A stretch of DNA of 59,948 bases from an uncultured bacterium (GTDB lineage Bacteria; Vulcanimicrobiota; JAJTBE01; CAYNGH01): assembly GCA_964396845.1 (NCBI GenBank), contig CAYNGH010000004.1:1-59948 (forward strand), given 5' to 3'. Position numbers and translations under genes: made by a program. This document shows, piece after piece, positions 53,389 to 59,948 of the stretch. The first letter of the stretch is position 1; every line of letters starts with the position of its first letter. The notes under the pieces were generated by a model. The model was not told where the DNA came from. It did not search any database and saw only the letters and a list, made by a program, of their open reading frames with translations.

Positions 53389-54744
53389 TCATATCTGTTC
53401 CAGAGCATCTCCGATGGTGTCAACCCCGATGAGGGCGATTCCCTCGGCTTCTGTCTGGCGGGTTATGTTGGTTTTTGGCAGAATAATCTTGTCAAAACCC
53501 ATCCGGGCGGATTCTGCGATTCTTTCCGGGGCCCGGGAAATACCCCGCACTTCGCCCCCCAGGCCCACTTCCCCCATAACAGCGCATCCATGAGGCAAAG
53601 GCCGATCCCGCAAACTGGATGCCACCGCCAGAACAACTCCTAAATCTCCGGCAGGTTCATCCACCACAACCCCTCCCACCGCATTGATGAAGACATCGGA
53701 GCCACCCAGGAGCATCCGGGCCCGCTTTTCCATCACCGCCAGCATCAGGGCCAGTCGGTTTGCCGAAAGACCTTCCGCCCGGCGGGCAGGGTTTCCGAAG
53801 CCCGACTGGGTCACCAGGGCCTGGATTTCAATCAGAAGCATCCGGGAGCCTTCCTGAACCGGAACCACCACTGAGCCGGGGACATCTGATATATGCTGAG
53901 AAAGAAAAAACTCCGACGGGTTGTCGATGGCAACAAGCCCTTTGGCTTCCATGGAGAATACCCCCATCTCCCGGGTGGAGCCGAATCGGTTCTTCAAGGC
54001 CCGAAGAATTCGAAAATCCCGAACCCGTTCCCCTTCGAAATAAAGAACCGCATCCACCATGTGTTCCAGCACCATTGGCCCTGCGATGGTCCCTGACCGG
54101 GTGATGTGTCCCACTACAATCACAGGTACTCCTCTGGTCTTGCAGTATCGCTGAAGCAGTCCCGTGCATCCCCTCACCTGGGCAACACTGCCGGGATATG
54201 ATTCCATGTCCCGATCCATCATAGTCTGGATGGAATCGATGATCACCAGGGATGAATCCTGCTCTTCTATCTGAGCCAGAATATTCTTCAGATCAATCTC
54301 CGGCAGGATGTAAAGGTTTTCAGAGTTAATCTCCATCCGGCCGGCCCGCATCTTGATCTGTTCCAGAGATTCCTCGCCGGTGACGTATATGACCTTGCCT
54401 TCTCTTGTTCGGGCAATATTATCCGCCACCGACAAAAGAAGGGTTGACTTGCCTATGCCGGGGCTTCCTCCGATGAGCACCAGGGATCCCGGCACAAGTC
54501 CGCCCCCGGTGACCCGATCAAACTCACTGATTCCAGTTGTGAGCCGTTCTTCATGGTTGAAGGTGATTTCCGGCAGGGGAGTGAGTTTTCCCCCGGCAAC
54601 CATAAGGGATGAACCCCGGTGCAGGGGCTGTTCCACTTCCGGGGCAATGGTCCCCCACTGCTGGCAATGGACACAGCGTCCCATGGTTCGATGATACACC
54701 GCACCGCATTCAGAACAGACATAACGGGTCTTTTCCCTGGACAT
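53389..54744 (-). CDS. radA: DNA repair protein RadA/Sms
   Basis: Zinc finger CSECGAVYHRTMGRCVHC, Walker A GGSPGIGKSTLLL, the KNRFG motif and a Lon-like C-domain. I prefer the ATG at 54744 over the track start at 54816. Confidence 0.93.
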   Translation of the reverse strand: MSREKTRYVCSECGAVYHRTMGRCVHCQQWGTIAPEVEQPLHRGSSLMVAGGKLTPLPEITFNHEERLTTGISEFDRVTGGGLVPGSLVLIGGSPGIGKSTLLLSVADNIARTREGKVIYVTGEESLEQIKMRAGRMEINSENLYILPEIDLKNILAQIEEQDSSLVIIDSIQTMMDRDMESYPGSVAQVRGCTGLLQRYCKTRGVPVIVVGHITRSGTIAGPMVLEHMVDAVLYFEGERVRDFRILRALKNRFGSTREMGVFSMEAKGLVAIDNPSEFFLSQHISDVPGSVVVPVQEGSRMLLIEIQALVTQSGFGNPARRAEGLSANRLALMLAVMEKRARMLLGGSDVFINAVGGVVVDEPAGDLGVVLAVASSLRDRPLPHGCAVMGEVGLGGEVRGISRAPERIAESARMGFDKIILPKTNITRQTEAEGIALIGVDTIGDALEQI

Positions 54745-54769
54745 CAGCTTCCCCTTTCCTGTGAAACCT

Positions 54770-55060
54770 TCACCAGTTGATCTGCATCCAGGTTCTTCCG
54801 ATACGGCAGTGTTCACCGTTTTCCAACTGAACCCGGCCTGTCAACCTTTCGCCGTCGTAGTATGTGCCGTTGGTACTGCTCAGATCCTCCAGGTAAACCA
54901 AAGGATCGTTGACGATAATCCGGGCATGTCGCCGGGATATGTAACGATCATACTGCAGGGGGATTTCGTTGCTCTTTTCCCTGCCGATGGTGGAAGTTCT
55001 GCTGATTTTCATCACTTCCCCGTCCTGGGCTCCGCTCATAAGTTCAAGGGTTATTCTCAC
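54770..55060 (-). CDS. Stand-alone FHA-domain protein (96 aa)
   Basis: TIGRE..NEIPL....ISRRHARI...D....LEDLSSTNGTYYDGERL is the canonical FHA pattern (G-R, S-x-x-H, N-G). The start overlaps the Clp-like stop by 4 nt. Confidence 0.85.
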   Translation of the reverse strand: MRITLELMSGAQDGEVMKISRTSTIGREKSNEIPLQYDRYISRRHARIIVNDPLVYLEDLSSTNGTYYDGERLTGRVQLENGEHCRIGRTWMQINW

Positions 55061-58000
55061 CGGTTGCCACCTCCCGGTCTGGTTTCATCAAAATCATCAG
55101 AGTCCAGATCCCCGGGGCCTTTCCCCGGCAGTCCCTTCGGCCCTTTCAGGGGAGCAATCCCCATCATCCCCATATCCCCGTTGCGGTGCCGGAGAATTGG
55201 CCGGCGCTGATGGAAGGGAGTGTCGGCAATATCCCGGGGATCTGGGGGACTGCTGTCATCCCGGGTCTTCCCGGGGTCCTCTCTGCCTTCCCGGATCCTG
55301 GGACGGAACAACCCCTTAGGGACAGGATCATCTTCCGGGGAGGATTTCCCCGCAGTGTTGCCACCATCAAAGGGAGAAGGTTTTCTGCCCAGGGTATCGG
55401 CGAAATCTTCGGGGTCTTCGGGGATTTGTCGGTCATCCTTCTTTCTCCAGGGAACTTCCGGGGCGACCCGGCTCTCTTTGTTGATGGGAAGAATATCGAA
55501 TCCGTCGGACTTTATTTCTCCCGGGGCATCGGTTTTCCGGGGAATTTTCCCAAAGGGTTCCGCATATTCTTCGGGGGGCAGACTCCCTTCCACCGGGGGG
55601 ATTTCCCGGCGGAATATCTCTCCCCGGTCTTTTTCTTCAAAAACCAGTTCCCGCCGGTCATACCAAACATAAATACTGTTTCCGTTCTGAACTCCCGCCG
55701 CCAGCATGGCTTCCGCCAGAGGTTTGGAAAGATAGTTGGCGATAGCCCGCTTCATGGGTCTTGCCCCGTAGGCGGGATCGTATCCCTTGTGGAGCAGGTA
55801 ATTAATTAAGGTTTCATCGATATGAAGCTGGATCTCTTTCTGTTTGAAGAGTTGATCCGCCAGGTTCTTGAGGTTTATGTTGACAATATTGGACAGGGCT
55901 TCCCGGCCCAGGGAATTGAAGATGATAATCTCGTCGATGCGGTTGAGGAACTCTGGACGGAAATGTCCCCGGAGTTCCCGCATGATTTCATCACGAACTT
56001 TCGGGTCCCTGGTATCGATAATCTGTTTAGCTCCCCCTTGAGTAAAGGCGGACATGCCGATGTTGGAGGTTAGGATGATGATGGTGTTGGTGAAATTGAC
56101 GGTACGTCCCTTGGAGTCAGTCAGACGGCCGTCGTCAAAGACCTGCAGGAACAAGTCAAACACCTCGGCATGGGCCTTTTCCACCTCGTCAAGAAGAACC
56201 ACCGAATAAGGCCTTGAGCGAACCTTCCCTGTCAGCTGGCCTTCCTCGTCGGATCCGATATACCCCGGAGGCGCTCCTATGAGCTTGGATACTGAGTGCT
56301 TTTCCATATACTCGGACATATCCAGGCGGATAAGATCCCGCTCACTGCCAAAGAGAAACTCCGCCAGGGACTTGGCCAGTTCTGTCTTCCCCACTCCGGT
56401 AGGCCCCAGAAACAGGAATACCCCCGAGGGCCTGCCGGGAGATGTCAGTCCCATCCGGGCCATCCTGATGGTCTGGGCTGCCACTTCGATAACATGATCC
56501 TGGCCGATGACTCTTTCCCGGAGATGTTCTTCGATATGCATGAGCCTTTGAGATTCTTCCTGAGTCAGGGCCGATGCGGGTATCCCCGTCCACAGGGAGA
56601 TAACCTCGGCAATGTTATCCTCGGTAACCTGAGTGGGACACTGGTTCAACTCCTGGGAGCAGGATGCGGAAGTGAACACCATCTGACACTTGGCCGCGGC
56701 CTCATCGATTAGATCAATAGCCTTATCGGGAAGGTTCCGATCCGGAATGTAGCGCACCGACATCCTCACCGCGGTCTGAATGGCTCTGGGGGTTATCACC
56801 ACTCCATGATGTTTTTCATAACGATCTTTGAGGCCCTCAAGGATGGTGATGGTATCTTCCTCGGTGGGTTCTTCCACCATCACCGGCTGAAAACGGCGTT
56901 CCAGGGCTGGATCCTTCTCAAGATGAGTCCTGTATTCCTCGATGGTTGTTGCCCCGATGATGGTGATTTCATTGCGGGCAAGGTGCGGTTTCAGGATATT
57001 CGCAGCATTCAAGGCACCCCGGGAATCCCCCGCACCCATCATGGTATGAATCTCATCGATAAACAGAATGATGTCCCGGTTTCCCTTGAGTTCCTGCACC
57101 AGTTTTTCCATCCGTTCCTCAAACTCGCCCCGGTGCTTGGCTCCGGCAACCAGGGAAGCCATTCCCAACTCTATGATGGTTTTATCTTTGATAATCCTTG
57201 GGACTCTGCCTTCGGCAATCCGCTGGGCCAGGCCATATACCACCGCAGTCTTGCCAACTCCCGCCTCGCCGATGATGATGGGATTATTTTTCATCTTTTT
57301 TGTCAAGGTCTGAATGACCCGGCGAATCTCATCCTTGCGCCCGACGATAGGATCAAAACCCCCTTCCTGGGCCATTTTAACCAGATCCCGGCCCATCTTG
57401 TCCAGGGTCGGGGTTTTGACTCTCTTTTTCTTTTCTTTTTCCGGTTTTCCCCCGGCCCATGGGGGAGGGGAACTTTTGCCCTGAGCAGGAATCTGGCCTG
57501 CCATGGCTGCAGGAGGCGGAGAAAACACTCCCGGCTGTCTTTGGGGCGGAATCTGTCCCTTTCCTCCTCCCTCGGCCATAAAACGGCTCTGGGGAGTGCC
57601 CGCGGGGGGGAAGATCCCGGGAGGGATTCCATTGCCACCTTGGGAACCGGAGGCCAAAAGGTTTTTTGCATGTTCCTGAAGTTCATGAATATCAACTTCC
57701 AGCCCCTCCAGAACTCTTATGGGTATGGACCTGCCCTCCCGGCACAGGGCCGCAATAACATGATGAGGTTCAATCCGCAGGGCCTTCATATCTTCAGCTT
57801 CCGGGCCTGCATATTTCTTGAATATTTTCTTGAGCCGGGGAGTTTCGATGATCCCTTCCCACATGGGTTTTTCGTCGGGGGGGCCGCATATATTGGAAAT
57901 ATTTGTAGCCACCTCATCGGGATCCGCTCCGGACTCCTCCAGAAAGGACGAAAGCCAGTCTTCCGATTCCAGAACTGCCAGAAAAATATGTTCACAGCCC

Positions 58001-58089
58001 AGGTAAAAATGGCCCATCCTCATGCAAATCTGCCGGGCCTTCTCCCGGATTGACTCTGTAGTATCACTTAAAAGTAAAGGCATAAACAT
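55057..58089 (-). CDS. Clp/Hsp100-family double-AAA+ unfoldase with ClpA-like architecture and long disordered insertions
   Basis: A Clp_N repeat domain is followed by a ~85-aa Pro/Gly-rich linker. NBD1 has GEAGVGKT. A short NBD1-NBD2 junction follows with no coiled-coil M-domain. NBD2 has GPTGVGKT and the sensor motif GARPMKR. The protein ends in a ~190-aa low-complexity tail (about 55060..55640). Confidence 0.9.
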   Translation of the reverse strand: MFMPLLLSDTTESIREKARQICMRMGHFYLGCEHIFLAVLESEDWLSSFLEESGADPDEVATNISNICGPPDEKPMWEGIIETPRLKKIFKKYAGPEAEDMKALRIEPHHVIAALCREGRSIPIRVLEGLEVDIHELQEHAKNLLASGSQGGNGIPPGIFPPAGTPQSRFMAEGGGKGQIPPQRQPGVFSPPPAAMAGQIPAQGKSSPPPWAGGKPEKEKKKRVKTPTLDKMGRDLVKMAQEGGFDPIVGRKDEIRRVIQTLTKKMKNNPIIIGEAGVGKTAVVYGLAQRIAEGRVPRIIKDKTIIELGMASLVAGAKHRGEFEERMEKLVQELKGNRDIILFIDEIHTMMGAGDSRGALNAANILKPHLARNEITIIGATTIEEYRTHLEKDPALERRFQPVMVEEPTEEDTITILEGLKDRYEKHHGVVITPRAIQTAVRMSVRYIPDRNLPDKAIDLIDEAAAKCQMVFTSASCSQELNQCPTQVTEDNIAEVISLWTGIPASALTQEESQRLMHIEEHLRERVIGQDHVIEVAAQTIRMARMGLTSPGRPSGVFLFLGPTGVGKTELAKSLAEFLFGSERDLIRLDMSEYMEKHSVSKLIGAPPGYIGSDEEGQLTGKVRSRPYSVVLLDEVEKAHAEVFDLFLQVFDDGRLTDSKGRTVNFTNTIIILTSNIGMSAFTQGGAKQIIDTRDPKVRDEIMRELRGHFRPEFLNRIDEIIIFNSLGREALSNIVNINLKNLADQLFKQKEIQLHIDETLINYLLHKGYDPAYGARPMKRAIANYLSKPLAEAMLAAGVQNGNSIYVWYDRRELVFEEKDRGEIFRREIPPVEGSLPPEEYAEPFGKIPRKTDAPGEIKSDGFDILPINKESRVAPEVPWRKKDDRQIPEDPEDFADTLGRKPSPFDGGNTAGKSSPEDDPVPKGLFRPRIREGREDPGKTRDDSSPPDPRDIADTPFHQRRPILRHRNGDMGMMGIAPLKGPKGLPGKGPGDLDSDDFDETRPGGGNR

Positions 58090-58184
58090 TCACATCCAGT
58101 AATTTTATCAAGAAGGGGAACCGGGTCTTGCAACCTGGATTCCCCACATAATCAAAATTAAACCGATTTAGAGGGCGATCCCGG

Positions 58185-59948
58185 TCAGGACCGCTTCTTT
58201 CGTTTCTTCTTCTTTTCCTTCCGTTTACGGCTCCGTTTAGATTTTTTCTTTGTCGGGGGTTCTGGAGATTTCTCCCCGGAATCAGGCACATCATCACCGG
58301 AGGACGCCTCGGAGGGTTTTTCCGGCAGTACCTCTTCAGTTATCGGTTTCTTCCGGGGTTCCAGGTCCTCCAGCTCGCCGGTGTCAGGGGCAGACTTGCC
58401 GGCCTTTTTCTTTTCTGCCTCTTCCAGGTCCCCGGTGTCAGGCGCCTTGTGGAGTTTCTTCTCTGGAGTCTTCCCCCCCGGCGACAGGGATCCTGTATCT
58501 GGAGCCTTCATCAGATCCGGTTCCCCGGGGGTTTCCAGACCCAAATCACCAGTGTCTGGGGCTTTTCGAAATTTGATACTGCCGGGAATCTCCCTGCTCA
58601 AATCACCAGTTTCCGGAGCCTTGCGAAGACGTTTTCTCTTCTGGTTGATAGTATCCAGGATCTTCATATCCCCGGATTCCTCAGCTTTTTTAATCAGCTT
58701 TTCTCGACGGATCCTGTCCAGAGATTCCAGTGAGGCATTGTCAGAAACCCGAGGTTCAAAACCCGCCTTTGGGGTAAGGCTTGCAGTGTCAGGGGCCTGG
58801 CCGTCCTTTGCTTTTTTCCTGCCTTCCCTGGTGATAACCTTGGATCCAAAATATTTTCTCTTGAGAGGTTTGTCCGACTCATCTTCCTTCCGGGGAGGCA
58901 TCTTGTGGGCCTGTTCTTCAGGGGAAGCCTTGTGATATGAAGGCCCCCGCCGGGGAGGCTCCACCCTGCCGGGTTCAGTTTCCCGGACGGGCATAAGAGC
59001 CGGCATGCTGATGGTTTCCCGGTCACCGGGGGTTTCCATGGTTACCCGACGTATGAAGGTGGTGGGCTGATACGACAGCTGAGCAACGCATTCCATATGA
59101 TATGTCTGGGGGAACATGTCCACCAGGCTAATTCCTTCGATGCTGTAGCCCTTTCCTCGGAGAAGAGCCAGGTCCCGGGCAAAGGTGGCAGGATTGCAGG
59201 AAACATATGCAAGCCTCAAAACCCGCATCTTTGCAATAAGATCCAGCACAGCCTCCTCACACCCCCGCCGGGGAGGATCCAGCACCATCTTGTCGGTTCT
59301 GATTCCCTTGTGGTATATCTCCGGCAGAATCTTCTCCACCTGTCCCACATGAAATTCCAGATTGCCGATGTTGTTCATAGAGGCAGAAGCCATGGCATCC
59401 TTCCGGGCCTGGGTCACTTCCTCAATGCCAATTACAGTGCAAACCTTTCTGGCAAGCCACAGGCTGATAGCCCCCACGCCACAGTAGGCATCCAACACAA
59501 CATCCCCTTCATCGGGGTCAAGATACTCCTCCAGCACCTTGAACAGGGTTCCCGTCTGGGCAGGATTCACCTGGAAAAAAGACTGGGGAGAGATATGATA
59601 TTTGACTTCATCAATCTCCTCCACCAGGTGATCTTCTCCATAGACAAGGCGGTTGTAGGTGCCCATGATAACATTGGTCATCTTGTCGTTGACATTTACC
59701 AGTATGCCTCTCAGGCTGGGCATCTTCTGAGTCATGATGTTTACAAACTTCGACATGGATGGAATCTTGTCGGTGGTGGAAACAACCACCAGGAGGATTT
59801 CATCCCTGGCCGAGCTGACCCTGGTCACCAGATAGCGCAGGAAACCCTGGCCGGTGCTGGGGTTGTAAACTTCCCACTGGAGCTTGGTAATGGCTTCCCG
59901 GGCAACCTGGAGGAGCCTGTTGGACAGGGGATGCTGAATAGCGCACTC
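58185..59948 (-). CDS. RumA/RlmD-type 23S rRNA (uracil-C5) methyltransferase, 5' end cut by the window edge, with a ~290-aa disordered C-terminal extension
   Basis: The frame stays open to position 59948 (ECAIQHPLSNRLL...), and the track's 'M' at 59828 is an internal GTG. Motifs: SAM motif VLDAYCGVGAISL, DPPRRG and the catalytic-Cys motif YVSCNPATFARD. After about residue 255 of the track ORF the sequence becomes Lys/Pro/Glu-rich and ends in KKKSKRSRKRKEKKKKRKKRS. Confidence 0.88.
   Translation of the reverse strand, partial: ECAIQHPLSNRLLQVAREAITKLQWEVYNPSTGQGFLRYLVTRVSSARDEILLVVVSTTDKIPSMSKFVNIMTQKMPSLRGILVNVNDKMTNVIMGTYNRLVYGEDHLVEEIDEVKYHISPQSFFQVNPAQTGTLFKVLEEYLDPDEGDVVLDAYCGVGAISLWLARKVCTVIGIEEVTQARKDAMASASMNNIGNLEFHVGQVEKILPEIYHKGIRTDKMVLDPPRRGCEEAVLDLIAKMRVLRLAYVSCNPATFARDLALLRGKGYSIEGISLVDMFPQTYHMECVAQLSYQPTTFIRRVTMETPGDRETISMPALMPVRETEPGRVEPPRRGPSYHKASPEEQAHKMPPRKEDESDKPLKRKYFGSKVITREGRKKAKDGQAPDTASLTPKAGFEPRVSDNASLESLDRIRREKLIKKAEESGDMKILDTINQKRKRLRKAPETGDLSREIPGSIKFRKAPDTGDLGLETPGEPDLMKAPDTGSLSPGGKTPEKKLHKAPDTGDLEEAEKKKAGKSAPDTGELEDLEPRKKPITEEVLPEKPSEASSGDDVPDSGEKSPEPPTKKKSKRSRKRKEKKKKRKKRS
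58368..58802 (-). repeat. In-frame ~19-aa (~57-nt) tandem repeats in the methyltransferase tail
   Basis: Six occurrences of the (K)AP(D/E)TG(D/E/S)L motif: QAPDTASL, KAPETGDL, KAPDTGDL, KAPDTGSL, KAPDTGDL, SAPDTGEL. On the plus strand they appear as recurring CC(G/A)GT(G/T)TC(A/T)GG(G/C)GC at about 58380, 58431, 58493, 58548, 58605 and 58785. Confidence 0.85.

Noticed and set aside
56806-58053. A 415-aa plus-strand ORF antisense to the Clp-like gene. Similar long antisense ORFs occur at 4934..6076, 47245..48066, 8359..9192, 9999..10892 and 29364..29906.
   Set aside because: The reasoning is the same. Each lies opposite a gene with clear family motifs, has no start context or motifs of its own, and has a composition typical of reverse-frame translation.
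1-59948. A search by eye for tRNA, rRNA, riboswitch leaders, transposase or integrase genes, reverse transcriptases, toxin-antitoxin pairs and cas genes.
   Set aside because: I saw no T-loop-like GGTTCGAATCC or similar, no rRNA-like segments and no recognisable motifs of these protein families. A covariance-model scan (tRNAscan-SE, Infernal/Rfam) would be needed for a definitive negative.

Overview
This is a 59.9-kb, densely coding bacterial chromosomal segment, roughly 50% GC by eye. Two regions are visibly AT-richer: 40.5-43.2 kb and 52.3-53.4 kb. I found no rRNA, tRNA, CRISPR array, transposase or integrase. I call about 45 protein genes, most of them in long, tightly spaced same-strand arrays. 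Several pairs overlap by 4-8 nt (ATGA/TTGA type). Two genes run off the window edges and are therefore missing or mis-started in the supplied ORF track: a GspE/PilB ATPase at 1..1377(-) and an RlmD-type methyltransferase at 58185..59948(-).

Main content:
- Scattered type II secretion / type IV pilus-like parts: gspF then gspE, two minor pseudopilins divergent from a second gspE, and two tandem pilT paralogs.
- Three ankyrin-repeat proteins and three TPR proteins.
- A MoxR-DUF58-transglutaminase module, extended by a membrane-anchored beta-propeller protein and an ankyrin-repeat protein with a signal peptide and a possible lipobox.
- A polyprenyl-phosphate-mannose theme: a Ppm1-like GT2, a GT39 Pmt, a GT-C::beta-propeller fusion and a GH38 mannosidase.
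- A solitary Mod-type DNA methyltransferase translationally coupled to a TIGR00725/LOG-fold protein and a YedF/DsrE-like protein.
- An atypical ClpA-architecture unfoldase followed by a small FHA protein and radA.
- Housekeeping genes: gdh, an aspC-like aminotransferase, an NCS2 permease, ecfT-truA, trmO, a tryptophanase/TPL-like lyase, an M29 aminopeptidase and an MsbA-like ABC exporter.

Observations the gene calls do not explain:
- A dispersed family of intergenic repeats. Inverted 46-nt copies (42/46 identical by hand alignment) bracket the ABC exporter gene.
- A single in-frame amber codon splits an otherwise intact rimO.
- Long disordered tails occur on the RlmD-like and Clp-like proteins; the RlmD tail carries a ~19-aa repeat.
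- An AT-rich islet carries an orphan gene with its own promoter-like and terminator signals.

All functional calls rest on motifs I can read in the translations. No database search was run. I cannot assign taxonomy from the sequence alone.
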